Positions 11,708 through 24,800 of a DNA stretch of 64,000 nucleotides are shown in pieces. The position numbers and the translations under genes were made by a program. Origin of the DNA: an uncultured Pseudomonadota bacterium (GTDB taxonomy: Bacteria; Pseudomonadota; Alphaproteobacteria; JACZXZ01). The notes beneath the pieces are model-generated. The model had not been told where the DNA came from, did not search any database, and saw only the letters and a list, made by a program, of their open reading frames with translations. Each line of letters begins with the position of its first letter. Positions within the stretch are counted from its first letter, which is position 1. Location: positions 64,001 through 128,000 of the forward strand of contig CAVVLJ010000020.1 of the NCBI GenBank assembly GCA_963749075.1, given 5' to 3'.

Positions 11708-12577
11708 ATGGCGGAAGCACCTCCGAGAGCCGCGGTCCGGGACTGGGCGGAATATGTCGTGCCGGCGAAGGGCTACGGCATCGAGCTCCTGCGCGCCCAT
11801 TTCGTGGGCCACGCCTACGACCGCCACAGCCACGATGCTTACGCCATCGGCGTCACCGAGGCGGGCGTGCAGGCCTTCAACTGCCGCGGCGCGCATCACG
11901 TCAGCACGAAGCACATGGTGATAGCCTTAAATCCCGACGAGGCGCACGACGGCCACGCCGGTGCCGCGGGCGGCTTCACCTACCGCATGCTCTATTTCAA
12001 GCCCGAGGCGGTGCGGCGGGTGATGGAGGATTACGGCGACGGCCGGCCGGCAGCGCCGCCCTACGCGCGTGCACCCCTCATCGCCGATCCAGGGCTCGCG
12101 CACCTCATCGCCGCACTCCACCGCGCACTCGCCGGCACCGCACCCAGCCTCGAGTGCGAGGCGCTCATCGATGCGGTGCTGGCGCGTTTTGCCGAGCGCC
12201 ACGCCGAGTGCCGCGTGCCGGGGCCGGCGCGCGCAGCGCAGCCGGGCGACGCTGCCTTGCAGCGGCTGCGCGACTATCTCGAGGACACAGCACTCGCCGA
12301 GGACGTCTCGGCGGATGCGCTCGTGCGCCTTGCCGGCATGAGCCGCTTCCACCTCTGCCGCGCCTTCCGCCGCCGCTACGGACTGCCGCCCCACGCCTAC
12401 CGCCTCAAGCTCCGCCTCGCCGCGGCGAAGCGCATGCTCGCGGCCGGCGAGCCGCCTGCCGCCGTGGCAGCATCCCTCGGCTTCGCCGACCAGAGCCATC
12501 TCCACAAGCGCTTCAAGGGCGCCTTCGGCGTGACGCCGGGCCAGTTCGCCGCCGCGGCACGGGGGCGGCCCGGGTAA
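11708..12577 (+). CDS. AraC-family transcriptional regulator
   Basis: Cupin YDRHSHD..AIG..GVQ; C-terminal SRFHLCRAF and GFADQSHL..F; divergent from the DUF2000 gene. Confidence 0.92.
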   Translation: MAEAPPRAAVRDWAEYVVPAKGYGIELLRAHFVGHAYDRHSHDAYAIGVTEAGVQAFNCRGAHHVSTKHMVIALNPDEAHDGHAGAAGGFTYRMLYFKPEAVRRVMEDYGDGRPAAPPYARAPLIADPGLAHLIAALHRALAGTAPSLECEALIDAVLARFAERHAECRVPGPARAAQPGDAALQRLRDYLEDTALAEDVSADALVRLAGMSRFHLCRAFRRRYGLPPHAYRLKLRLAAAKRMLAAGEPPAAVAASLGFADQSHLHKRFKGAFGVTPGQFAAAARGRPG

Positions 12578-12594
12578 GATGCCGCTTGCGGGCG

Positions 12595-12630
12595 GGATCA
12601 AATGGTCGTATTTGATGGATCATTTGTTCC
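12595..12630. promoter_or_regulatory. Repeated/inverted operator of the Xre-RES operon
   Basis: GGATCAAATG ... CATTTGTTCC, with nested ATCAAAT-N6-ATTTGAT, just before the antitoxin RBS. Confidence 0.5.
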
Positions 12631-12642
12631 TATGAGGCCGCC

Positions 12643-13077
12643 ATGATCGAGCCCCGAGCCATCGCCGCTGTCCTCGGGGGAGAGACGGTGCTGCACAAGC
12701 GCATTCGCTCGGTGGACGATCTGGCGCAAGCGGTGGCCCACGGCTTGCCCAAACGGGCGGCCTTCAACGTCGTCGGTTGTCTCGATGCAACGGTGGAGTC
12801 GCGCGCGCGGCTCTTCGCCTTCATCGCTCCCCCGGCGACACTCAAGCGCCGCAAGGACCGTCTCAAGACGGACGAAAGCGAGCGCACCGAACGGCTCGCC
12901 CGCGTCATTGCGACGGCACGTCACGTGTTCGGGAATGAGGAATTCGCGCGCCGCTTTCTGGTGGCGCCCCACAAGATGCTGCGGGACCGCGCGCCGATCG
13001 AGGCCGCCATGAGCGAGCTCGGCGCCCGCCAGGTCGAGGAGCTCCTGTGGGACGTCTACTATGGCTTCCCGGTCTAA
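12643..13077 (+). CDS. Xre/MbcA/ParS-family antitoxin
   Basis: TLKRRKDRL..DESER..RLARV...A..VFG and GARQVEELL..VYYG; coupled to a RES toxin. Confidence 0.88.
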   Translation: MIEPRAIAAVLGGETVLHKRIRSVDDLAQAVAHGLPKRAAFNVVGCLDATVESRARLFAFIAPPATLKRRKDRLKTDESERTERLARVIATARHVFGNEEFARRFLVAPHKMLRDRAPIEAAMSELGARQVEELLWDVYYGFPV

Positions 13078-13534
13078 GGGGCCGCTTCTCGCCCATCGCA
13101 TTGGCGACAGCCGCTTTCCGCTCTTTGGCGCCGTTGGCTCCCTCAAGCGGCCCGGCCGCTGGCACTCAGGGCGCTTTCCCGTGATCTACGCCGCCGCGTC
13201 GTTCGCCGGCGCCATGCTCGAGCGGTTGGCGCAGACGGGAATAGGCGCGCTTCCCCTCTTCACCGCGGCGATCGTCATCTCCATCCCGGAAGCCGTGGAG
13301 AGCGAGGCGATCGAGGAGGCGGACGTGCCCGGCTGGGAGCGCCCTGACAAGGTCGCCGGCCAAGCCTTCGGCGATCGCTGGCTCCGGGAGCGGCGCACCG
13401 CGGTGCTCACGGTCCCCTCGGTCGTAGCCCGGCTCGAGCGCAACGTGCTCATAAACCCGGACCACGCGGATTTTCGCGGGATCACGGCAAGCGAGCCGGT
13501 TCCCGTCGTCTGGGATGCGCGCCTGTTTCGCTGA
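13061..13534 (+). CDS. RES-domain toxin (NAD+-consuming/ART-like)
   Basis: HRI, GRW, YAA...AMLE, VPSVV, NVLINPDH, WDARL. Confidence 0.9.
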   Translation: MASRSKGPLLAHRIGDSRFPLFGAVGSLKRPGRWHSGRFPVIYAAASFAGAMLERLAQTGIGALPLFTAAIVISIPEAVESEAIEEADVPGWERPDKVAGQAFGDRWLRERRTAVLTVPSVVARLERNVLINPDHADFRGITASEPVPVVWDARLFR

Positions 13535-13677
13535 GCGATTGGACGAATAGCCGAGTCCTTCTTTCTTTCCGCCGGCCCCTGATATGTACGCCCGCTTCGA
13601 CTGGTCCAATTTTATGAGGCCGGAGCAAAGGGTCGATCGCGTCACGGAGACATGACGGCTGCGGGCGCCGCCGCGCC

Positions 13678-14718
13678 CTAGGTTCGGCGCGGGGCGCTGT
13701 GCGGCGGTGCTGTGGTGTCCCTGAGGATCAGCTCGGCTTCGAGCTCTTGCGATGCGGTGCATGGTTGAGAGTTGATGCAGCCGATCAGATACTCCGCGGC
13801 AAGGCGGCCCATCGCCGCGCAGGGGACCCGCATGGTGGTGAGCGGCGGGATCATGTGGCAGGCGAGATCAAGATCATCGAAGCCGGTGAGCGAAACGCGG
13901 TCCGGGACTTTGATGCCGCTTGCCTGGCATTCGAGGAGTGCACCGATTGCCAGGACATCGTTGCCGCAGATCACCGCGGTCGGCGGCCGTGCCGACCGCA
14001 TGAGCGCGCGCAACGCCGAACGCCCCTCGCCGATCTCGTATGGACGCTCCAGAAGCCGCTCCGGCGGCAGTGCCAAGCCGCGCGCGGCGAGGGCGTCGCG
14101 CACGCCGCCGATGCGCTCGGCGGCGCGGTCGTTGTGGCGCGCGATGCCGGCGATCATGGCGAACTCCCGGTGACCGAGGTCCAGCAGATGCGCCGCGATC
14201 TTCGCCGCCGCCCGGCGGTTGTCGAAGCCGACGCAGGGATGGCCGCCGTCGGCGTCGTAGATCCAGGTGTTGACGTAGGGCACCCTCTTCGCCGCCAGCC
14301 GCTCGTAGAGGGCCGCTTCGTGATCGGCGCCGATGAGCATGATGCCGTCGACTCCGCGCTCGATCAGCGCATCAAGCTCGGCAAGCTCGCGGTCCCGCAC
14401 ATATTCGGTGCTGGCAAGCAAGAGCACGAAACCCGCGGCATTCAGCCGGCGCTGGAGGGCATCGATCCCTTTCGCGAAGATGGCGTTGTCCAGCGTCGGC
14501 ACGATGGCACCCACGGTGTTCGAGCGCCGCGACGCCAGCGCGCGCGCAACGCCGTGCGGCACGTAGCCGAGGCGCGTCACCGCGATCTGCACCCTGGCGC
14601 GCAGCTCCTCGCGCACGTTGCCGGGCCGGTTCAGCACCCGCGAGACGGTCGCCGGCGAGACGCCGGCGGCCTCTGCCACGTCATCGAGCGTGACCGTGCC
14701 GAGAGCTCTTATCTGCAA
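13678..14718 (-). CDS. LacI-family regulator (HpsR-like)
   Basis: TLDDVAEAAGVSPATVSRVLN HTH, ICGNDVLAIG, TGFDD, PPLTT. TTG start after AGGAG is chosen; divergent from the ABC-hpsN operon. Confidence 0.9.
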   Translation of the reverse strand: MQIRALGTVTLDDVAEAAGVSPATVSRVLNRPGNVREELRARVQIAVTRLGYVPHGVARALASRRSNTVGAIVPTLDNAIFAKGIDALQRRLNAAGFVLLLASTEYVRDRELAELDALIERGVDGIMLIGADHEAALYERLAAKRVPYVNTWIYDADGGHPCVGFDNRRAAAKIAAHLLDLGHREFAMIAGIARHNDRAAERIGGVRDALAARGLALPPERLLERPYEIGEGRSALRALMRSARPPTAVICGNDVLAIGALLECQASGIKVPDRVSLTGFDDLDLACHMIPPLTTMRVPCAAMGRLAAEYLIGCINSQPCTASQELEAELILRDTTAPPHSAPRRT

Positions 14719-14827
14719 GCGCTTTCTCCTGGTGCAACCTATGAGGACATATTCTGCCGGATTCGACGCTCGGTTACAACTTACCGTAAAATAAGAGCAA
14801 TGTCCCCCTGAGGGTGCCATAAACCGA

Positions 14828-14882
14828 TTGACAGCCATTTCCCGTCAGGCCCTAATATGCGAAAACCAAGAAAGCGCTTTCT
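14828..14882 (+). promoter_or_regulatory. Sigma70 promoter with LacI-type operator
   Basis: TTGACA at 14828; perfect palindrome AGAAAGCGCTTTCT at 14869-14882. A related site TGCAAGCGCTTTCT at about 14714 overlaps the lacI start. Confidence 0.75.
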
Positions 14883-14909
14883 CAATCGGCGCGCGACGAG
14901 GAATTGCCG

Positions 14910-15701
14910 ATGGCGAGCTCGAACGGTGGTCGCGGCGGCCTCAGACGGTGGCTCGTCGGCGGTGCGACGGTCGCACTCCTCCTTGTCCTCTGGTATGCGC
15001 TGACGACGGCGGCCGGGGTCATCGATCCAGCCCGCTTCCCGCGGCCCTCGGATGTCTGGCAGGCGGCGGAGCAGCTCTCCGGGCGCGGCTATGCCGGGGG
15101 TACTTTGGCCTGGCAAGCCTGGTACAGCTCGCGCCTTGTCATCCTCGGCTTCTTCGTTGCCGCCGGGACGGGCGCGCCGCTCGGTCTTCTCATGGGGACG
15201 AGCCGCCGCGCCGAGGCCTTCATCAACCCCGCTTTTCTCCTCATCCGCCCGATCCCGCCGCTCGCCTGGATTCCGCTTGCCATTCTGTGGTTCGGTCTGG
15301 GCGATCTCGCAAAGATCTTCGTCATCTGGTTCGCCGCATTCGTCCCGGCGCTCATCAATACCTACACCGGGGTGCGCAACGTCGACCGCACGCTGATCGC
15401 CGCCGCGCGCGTCCATGGCGCGTCGAGCTGGCAGGTGCTGACGGACGTCGTCATTCCCGGAGCACTGCCCCTGGTCTTCACCGGCCTGCGCCTGTCGCTG
15501 CAGGCCGCTTGGACCACGCTCGTGGCGGCGGAGCTGGTCGGCGCGTTCTTTGGTCTGGGGCGCGTCCTCATCATCGCGGCGCAGGACATCTATCCCGGCA
15601 TGATAGCCTACGCCATGTTTTGGGTGGCGCTCCTGGGTGCTGCCATGACCGGGGCACTTGCGCTGATCGAGCGCTGGTCGATGCCGTGGCGCGCCGCATG
15701 A
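14910..15701 (+). CDS. NitT/TauT-family ABC permease 1
   Basis: RPIPPLAWIPL..LWFG, EAA-like loop, LVAAELV. Confidence 0.9.
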   Translation: MASSNGGRGGLRRWLVGGATVALLLVLWYALTTAAGVIDPARFPRPSDVWQAAEQLSGRGYAGGTLAWQAWYSSRLVILGFFVAAGTGAPLGLLMGTSRRAEAFINPAFLLIRPIPPLAWIPLAILWFGLGDLAKIFVIWFAAFVPALINTYTGVRNVDRTLIAAARVHGASSWQVLTDVVIPGALPLVFTGLRLSLQAAWTTLVAAELVGAFFGLGRVLIIAAQDIYPGMIAYAMFWVALLGAAMTGALALIERWSMPWRAA

Positions 15702-16501
15702 CCGCCAGCGGCCCGCCCGTGTCGACCGAGGGAAAGAGGGAGCCGCCGCTTTGGCTCTACGCGGCGGCAGGATTCGTAACGCTCTTCGCGCTCTGGCTGG
15801 CGCTCGCCCGCTCAGGCGTGATGCCGGAACGGGTGCTGCCGGGTCCGGATGCCGTGGTGGCGGCGTTTCTCCGCCTCACCGTCGAGCCCTTCGCCGGCTT
15901 CACCCTGCAGCAGGACCTTCTCTCCAGCGCCATCCGTTTCGCGCTGGGCTTTCTCCTGGCCGCATCGTGCGGCATTCCGCTCGGCCTGCTGATGGGCTGG
16001 TTTCGCTGGCTCGACGATATCGTCTCGCCGCTCTTCGAGGGCTTGCGCTTCGTAGCGCCGATCGCATGGGTTCCGTTCGCGGCCTTGTGGTTCGGCACCG
16101 GCGTCGGCGGGCCGATCCTGATCATATTTTCCGGCGCCTTTCCGCCTTGCGTGATCAATGCCTATCGCGGCGCGCGTCTGGTCGAGCCGCGCTATCTCGA
16201 GGCGGCTCAGACCTTGGGCGCCAGCCATTGGCGCATCATTACGGAGGTGCTGATACCGGCGGCGCTGCCGGCGATCGTAGCGGGCTTGCGCATCGGCGCG
16301 GGCCTGGGCTGGCAATCTCTGATCGGCGCCGAGCTCATCGTCGTCTCGTCGGGCATCGGTTACCTCATCGTTCAGGGCCAGAGCAATCTCGCGACCCCGA
16401 TCGTGATGGCCGGCATGCTGGCGATCGGCTGCGTCGGCTTCGCCATCGACGTGCTGCTGCGCGCCTTCGAGCGGCGCGTGCGGCGCGGCTGGGCGGGCTA
16501 G
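15698..16501 (+). CDS. NitT/TauT-family ABC permease 2
   Basis: APIAWVPF..LWFG, EAAQTLGA, LIGAEL. Confidence 0.9.
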   Translation: MTASGPPVSTEGKREPPLWLYAAAGFVTLFALWLALARSGVMPERVLPGPDAVVAAFLRLTVEPFAGFTLQQDLLSSAIRFALGFLLAASCGIPLGLLMGWFRWLDDIVSPLFEGLRFVAPIAWVPFAALWFGTGVGGPILIIFSGAFPPCVINAYRGARLVEPRYLEAAQTLGASHWRIITEVLIPAALPAIVAGLRIGAGLGWQSLIGAELIVVSSGIGYLIVQGQSNLATPIVMAGMLAIGCVGFAIDVLLRAFERRVRRGWAG

Positions 16502-16505
16502 GAAG

Positions 16506-17345
16506 ATGAGCGGAATCTCGTTCGTCGGCGTGACCAGGAGCTTTACCCGCGGTGCCGAGCCGATCGTGGCGCTCGACGGCGTCTCGCTCGAGATACGGGA
16601 GCGCGAATTCGTCGCAATCGTGGGTCCGTCCGGCTGCGGCAAGACCACGCTCTTGCGTCTGGCGGCTGGCCTCGACTTTCCCACCGCGGGCAAGGTGCTG
16701 GTGGCGGAGCGGCCGGTGCGCGGGCCCGGGCCCGATCGCGCGGTCGTCTTCCAGCAGTTCGCCCTCTTCCCCTGGAAGAGCGTCAGACAGAATATCGGCT
16801 TCGGCCTGAAGTGCCGCGGCGTGCCATCTCGCGAACGCGAGGCCGCCGTGCGGTACTACATCGAAGTGATGGGTCTCGGCGGACACGAGGACGCCTTTCC
16901 CCATCAACTCTCGGGCGGCATGCAGCAGCGCGTTGCCATCGCGCGGTCCTACGTGCTCGATCCCGAAGTGCTGCTGATGGACGAGCCCTTCGGGTCGCTC
17001 GACGCGCAGACCCGCATCGAGATGCAGGAGGAGCTCATTCGGCTGGCACGCGTCAATCCGCGCACGGTGCTGTTCATCACGCACAGCGTCGAGGAGGCGG
17101 TCTATCTCGCCGACCGCGTCGTGGTGATGACCAAGCGGCCGGGACGGATTCGCGAGATCATCGATGTCGCCGGCGTGCGGCGCGACGAGGCCTGGCAGAC
17201 GCGGCCGGTCGAGGAGGTCATGGACCGGGAGTCCTTCATCCACCTCCGGAGCTACATCTGGAAACTGTTGCGCGATCAGCGCGACGAGGGCGCGGGCGTC
17301 GAGCGCCTGGACCTGCGCCGCGCCGTACGAACCAAGCGATCATAA
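16506..17345 (+). CDS. NitT/TauT ABC ATP-binding protein
   Basis: [31 protein letters not shown]. Confidence 0.95.
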   Translation: MSGISFVGVTRSFTRGAEPIVALDGVSLEIREREFVAIVGPSGCGKTTLLRLAAGLDFPTAGKVLVAERPVRGPGPDRAVVFQQFALFPWKSVRQNIGFGLKCRGVPSREREAAVRYYIEVMGLGGHEDAFPHQLSGGMQQRVAIARSYVLDPEVLLMDEPFGSLDAQTRIEMQEELIRLARVNPRTVLFITHSVEEAVYLADRVVVMTKRPGRIREIIDVAGVRRDEAWQTRPVEEVMDRESFIHLRSYIWKLLRDQRDEGAGVERLDLRRAVRTKRS

Positions 17346-17370
17346 GCAACGCCACTTAAGGGAGGACAAT

Positions 17371-19792
<2,422 letters not shown>

Positions 19793-19876
19793 GCGGCGGG
19801 AGAGCCCCATGAAGGCGCTTGATATGAACGCCTATGTGGCGTGCATGAGCAGCCGTCAACGACGCGGGGGCGCCAG

Positions 19877-20161
19877 ATGGGTCGAACTGCCGAAGCGAAA
19901 CGGGACCGCATGCACCTGCGCTTGGACGCCAAGACCAAGCGCAAGCTCGAGCGGGTGGCGGCCTATGAGGAAACGAGCGTGAGCGATTTCGTGGTGGCGA
20001 ACGCGGCGGCGGCGGCCGAGCGGGTCATCGATTCGCGCGAGAAGATCGCTCTTTCGGCGATGGATTGGAAAGTCTTCTATGACGCGCTGATCAACCCGCC
20101 GGAACCGAACGAGAAGCTGAAGGAAGCCGCGCGCCGCTATCGCGAGCGTGTCGGTGGATGA
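19877..20161 (+). CDS. DUF1778 (TacA/AtaR-like) RHH antitoxin
   Basis: RMHLRL...K.KLERVA...SVSDFVV...A..VI and F.DALINPPEPNEKL. Confidence 0.88.
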   Translation: MGRTAEAKRDRMHLRLDAKTKRKLERVAAYEETSVSDFVVANAAAAAERVIDSREKIALSAMDWKVFYDALINPPEPNEKLKEAARRYRERVGG

Positions 20162-20899
20162 GCCGCCCCTGGTCATCGGGCCGCTTGGCTCGCACCATGA
20201 CCGGAGCGCCTTCTCGTGCGGGGGGACCCCGCCCTCGACGCCTACCTTCAGCGGCAAGCCTCGCAGGACATACATCGGCGCGCCGCACAGGTGTTCGCCG
20301 CCGTCGGCGAGGCACCTGGAAGGATCCCCGGTTATTACAGCCTGAGCGCCGCGAGCCTCGCGAAGGACGAATTGCCGGCGGCCTCGGCGAAGCGGCTGCC
20401 GCATTATCCCGTGCCGGCCGCCGTGCTCGGCCGCCTCGCCATCGATCGCGAGCAGCAAGGGCGCGGGCTTCGGGAGATGCTGCTGCTCGATGCGATACGC
20501 CGTGCCGTCCGGGTGAGCACGGCGATCGCCGTGCATGCGATCATCGTCGACGCCAAGAACGAGCGCGCGCAAGCGTTCTACGAACGCTACGGCTTTCGTG
20601 CCTTCGCTGGCGCGCCGCGCCGTCTCTTCCTCCCCCTCGAGAGCTTCGAGAAGCTCGGGCTGCAGCTCAGTCCCCGATCACTTGCAGCGTCTCCTTGCGC
20701 GCGGCAGCGGCGAGATCGGCATCGAGAGTGGCGAGCGGGAAGCCCTCGCGACCGGCGAGCTCGAGGTAGCTGGCGTGGTAGACGGAAAGCCGGTGCCGCC
20801 GCGCGAGCGTCAGAACGCCGGTTTCGTCGGGATCGCGGTCGATCGTCACGCCGAGGCGGGAGAGGCTGCGCAAGAAGGTCGATACGTTGGCTTCACTGA
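20148..20899 (+). pseudogene. TacT/AtaT-like GNAT toxin, frameshifted and lacking its expected stop
   Basis: HDRSAFSCG and DPALDAYL..QASQD..LGRLAID..QGRG..VDAKN..FY are in different frames, switching at a G6 run (20220-20225). The second frame reads on antisense into vapC. Confidence 0.8.
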
Positions 20900-21071
20900 G
20901 CCGTCCCCGGCGCTCGTTCACGATGAGCGTGTTGCGGATCTCGAACCACCACAGACTCGGCACCCTCGCCTCGTCGCTGCGGATGCGCTCGAGCGCCAGC
21001 GCGGCCACTGGATGGTCTTCGTCGTCGAACGCCCAGCACGCGGTGACCGAGGCGTCGAGGACAAACGGCAT
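20667..21071 (-). CDS. VapC PIN-domain toxin
   Basis: FVLDASV..W..DE, VP.LW.FE..N, LS.Y(H)ASYLELA, LATLD. Confidence 0.9.
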   Translation of the reverse strand: MPFVLDASVTACWAFDDEDHPVAALALERIRSDEARVPSLWWFEIRNTLIVNERRGRLSEANVSTFLRSLSRLGVTIDRDPDETGVLTLARRHRLSVYHASYLELAGREGFPLATLDADLAAAARKETLQVIGD

Positions 21072-21316
21072 CAGTATTTGTGTCCCTCGTGCCGCGCCGA
21101 GAGAAGCTCGGCAAGCGAAATCCGCCCGGTGCTCCGGCGCAGCGCCTTGATGCCGGCGATCGCCTTGTCGATCTCCTCCTGCCGCCGATGCGCCTCGGGC
21201 ACCAGCCGCGCGATGGCACGGCCGTGGCGCGTGATGACGATGATCTCGCCGCGCTCCACCTCGTCGAGAAGGCGGGGTAGGTGCGTCTTGGCAGCCGATG
21301 CCTGGATTTCGCGCAT
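21071..21316 (-). CDS. Phd/YefM-family antitoxin
   Basis: AKTHL.RLLDEVERGE.I.ITRHG..IARLVP. Confidence 0.9.
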   Translation of the reverse strand: MREIQASAAKTHLPRLLDEVERGEIIVITRHGRAIARLVPEAHRRQEEIDKAIAGIKALRRSTGRISLAELLSARHEGHKY

Positions 21317-21339
21317 GATGGAGTCTTTCAATCGGTCGA

Positions 21340-21353
21340 TTCGACTAGTCGAA
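21340..21353. promoter_or_regulatory. Palindromic operator of the phd-vapC operon
   Basis: Perfect 14-bp palindrome TTCGACTAGTCGAA upstream of phd. Confidence 0.55.
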
Positions 21354-21393
21354 GCATACCGATGCGCGGGTAAAGGGTCAATGGCGGTCAACG

Positions 21394-21420
21394 AAAAACC
21401 CCGCCGGCTGGGCGGGGCTT
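21394..21420 (-). terminator. Intrinsic terminator after trxA
   Basis: Minus strand reads AAGCCCCGCC-CAGCC-GGCGGGGTTTTT. Confidence 0.8.
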
Positions 21421-21446
21421 ACGCTGCGGCTCGGCGTCTGCCGGCG

Positions 21447-21767
21447 CTACAGCACCGACTGCAGCCACTCGTAGAGCTTGCTCTTGGGCAGGCTGCCGAC
21501 CTTCATGGCGGCCACTTGCCCCGCCTTGAAGAGCATCAGGGTGGGGATGCCGCGCACGCCGTATTTCTGCGGCGTCGTCGGGTTCTCGTCGATGTTGAGC
21601 TTGGCTACCGTGACCTTGCCGTCCATCTCGCTGGCGAGCGCCTCGAGGTGGGGGGCGATCTGCTTGCAGGGGCCGCACCATTCGGCCCAGAAGTCGACCA
21701 GCACCGGCACTGCTGCCTTGAGCACGTCGCTCTCGAAGGATGCGTCGGATACCTTGGTCGTCGTCAT
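21447..21767 (-). CDS. trxA: Thioredoxin
   Basis: [17 protein letters not shown]. Confidence 0.98.
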   Translation of the reverse strand: MTTTKVSDASFESDVLKAAVPVLVDFWAEWCGPCKQIAPHLEALASEMDGKVTVAKLNIDENPTTPQKYGVRGIPTLMLFKAGQVAAMKVGSLPKSKLYEWLQSVL

Positions 21768-21857
21768 TTGTCAGTCCTTTCAAGTAGTCGGACGCGAGAC
21801 GCCAATCCCCTTGCAGCCTTCGCCGCTGCTGAATCTATGGGTTGCCTCGGCCGCCCG

Positions 21858-24800
21858 TCAAGGCGCGTGGGCGTCAAGCAAGCCATCCGGCAGGAGCATG
21901 AGGGCGGGCCCGTCGGTGAAAAGCAGGGCCGCGCGCAGCCGGCGGCCTGGGTAGATGCGCCGGAGGAGCGCGCGATAGGCCGCCATCTGCCTGAGATAGG
22001 CCACGGCCACCTCCTCGACCGCCGCGGGCGGCGCCCGGTTGGTCTTGTAATCGACGACGAGGATCTCGCGCTCGCCCACCAGGAGGCGATCGATCTGGCC
22101 CGAGATCACGCGGCCATTGACCTCGCCCACCAGCGCCACCTCGGCGCGCGAGCCCGGGCCGAAGAGGGGGGCTAACGCGGCATCGGCGAGCACCGCCAGG
22201 GTCTCGCGCGCGATCTCCTCCTGCGCCGCCGCAGCGAGACCGTGGGCCGCGCGCGCGAGGTAGCGCCGGCAGGCCGCCTCGCGCGCGCGAGGAGGCAGCT
22301 CGGGCAGCGCCTCGAGGAGCCGGTGCACGAGGAGGCCGCGGCGGAAGCGGGCGGCCCCATCGGGGCCGAGCGGCGAGCGCGCGGGCGGCTCCTCCTCTTC
22401 CGGGCGCGAGGGGGCCAAGGGGCGGGCCGGGACCGGCTCCGGGGCGGGAAGCGCGCGCGCCCAGGGCGGCAGGGGCTCGCCCGCCGCGTGCGGGGCCTGC
22501 TCCGTCCTCTCGCCCTCGGGGCCGACTTCCTGGGGCGAGGAGAGGCGCAGGCCTTGGCCGCTCCAGCCCTGGGCGATCTCGTGGCTGCAATCGAAGGCGA
22601 AGGGGGCGGCGCTCTCCGCGAGCCCCTCGCGTACGAGGCTCCACCAGGAGTCGGACGGCACCTCGCGCTGGCCGCGCCAGCCGCAGACATAGAGCCGGTC
22701 CGCCGCACGCGTCATGGCGACATAGAGGAGCCTGCGGTACTCCTCGTCCCGCTTGCGCTTGGCGGCGTCGCGCATCTCGCGCGCGAGCCCGTCCTCGAGC
22801 GCGCTGCGCGGCGCCCACAGGAGGCCCTCCTCGCCGCCGTCGAGCCAGAGCAGGCGCGGCGTGCGCTTGGGCGTCTCGACCGTGTCGGGGAGGATGACGA
22901 TCGGCGCCTCGAGGCCCTTGGCGCCGTGCACGGTCATGATGCGCACCTCGTCGCGGCTGGCCGCCTCGGGGTCGCGCTTGATCTGCGCCTCGCCCGCCTC
23001 GACCCAATGGAGGAAACCCTCGAGGGAGGGCACGTGGGCGCGCTCGTAGGCAAGGGCGAGTGCCAAGAACTCGTCGAGCGGCTCCTCCGCCTCGGCGCCG
23101 AGCCGTGCCACCATGCGCTCGCGCCCGCTCGGTGCGGCGGGCGTGCCGCGCCCGGCGAGCGCCTCGGCGAAGAGCTCGTAGGGCGGCGTGAAGTCGACGC
23201 GGCGCAAGAGGCCGGCGAGATAGGCGTGGGCCGCGGCGAAGGCGGCGTCCTCGTCGGCGCGGCGCACGAGCTCCGCCCACAGGCTGCCCTCGCGCCCGTA
23301 GGCGAGTGCGAAGAGCTGGTCCTCGTCGAGGCCTACGAGCGGGCTCTTGAGCAGGCAGGCGAGCGTGAGATCGTCCTCGGGGAGGAGGAGGAAGCGCGCG
23401 AGTGCGATGAGGTCCATCACCGCGAGCTGGTCCGTCAGCACCATGCGGTCGACGCCCGCCACCGCCACGCCGGACTGCTTGAGCGCGCGCACGAGCTCAG
23501 CCACGAAGACGGTGCGCCGGCGCACCAGCACCATGATGTCGCCGGGACGGATCCGCCGGTTCTTCGAGAGAAGCCGCTCGTCCGTGTCGAGCCAGCGCCG
23601 GATGCGGAGGGCGATGAGTGCGGCCAGCCGCGCCGGCGGCGAATCGCCGCGCTCGCGCGTCACGGGCGGTGTCCAGTCCTCAGCAGCCTCGCGCTCGCGC
23701 GGGGTGGCCACGGGCCACAGCTCGACGAGGCCGGCGCGGCCCTCGCGATGGGCGAAATGGCGCACCGTCTCGCCGGGAGCGGCAACGCCTTCGGCGGCTG
23801 CGGGCCGCGCGAAGACGCCGTCGACCGCCGCGAGCACGGCGGGCGTCGAGCGGAAGGAGACCTCGAGGGCGACGCTCCGCCACGCGGCACCGGCTTGCGC
23901 CACCTTGCGCGCGAAATGCCGCCGCATGGCCTCGAAGGCGTCGGGGTCGGCGCGCTGGAAGCTGAAGATCGACTGCTTGGCGTCGCCTACCGCGAAGACG
24001 GTGCGCGTGCCATCGCGCGCCCCCTCGCCCGCGAAGAACTCCTCGGCGAGTGCCGCCACCACCTGCCATTGGTCCGGGTTGGTGTCCTGGGCCTCGTCGA
24101 TGAGGATGTGGTCGAGGCCCTGGTCGAGCTTGTAGAGCACCCAGCCGGCGCCCTGCCGCTCGAGGAGCCGCCGCGTCTCGAGGATGAGATCGTCGTAGTC
24201 GAGCAGGGCCCGGTGCTCCTTGTGGCGCCCGTAGGCTGCGAGCACCGCGGCGCCGAGGCGGAGGAGGGCAACGCTCGCGGCGGCCACGGCCGCGGCCTTG
24301 CGCCGCGCTGCCTCGGCGGCGAGACGCGCCGCCTCGGCGGCAAGCGCCGCCTCGGCTTCCGGGCTCGCCTGGCGCACCGCCTTGGTGGCGAGCGTCTTGC
24401 GCACTTCGTCCTCGGCGGTGAGGAACTGGCGCGCGTATTCGCCGAAGCCCGCCGCGCGTGCCGCCGCGTCGGCGGCGAGCCAGGCGGCGATCGCCTCGCC
24501 GCGCTTGCGGTCCGCGGCCGAGCCCTGCGCGAGCGCCGCCGCCGCAGCCTTGAGTGCCGCCGCCGGGAAGTTTCCGTCGGCCGCGGCGCGCGCCTGGGTG
24601 CGCTCCGGCGTGTCGCCGGGCCGCAAGTCCAGACGGCGGTAAAGCGCTGCCGCCGCGGCCTCGAGACCGCCCGCTTTCCCGAGGAGGCGGGCGAGCCGGC
24701 CGCGCTCGCGCGCGAGCTCTGCCATGAGATCGCCGAACTCCTCCTCGGAAACGTGGCCCGTCACCTCGCGCAAGGCCTCGGCCAGGGCAGCGTCGCGTTC

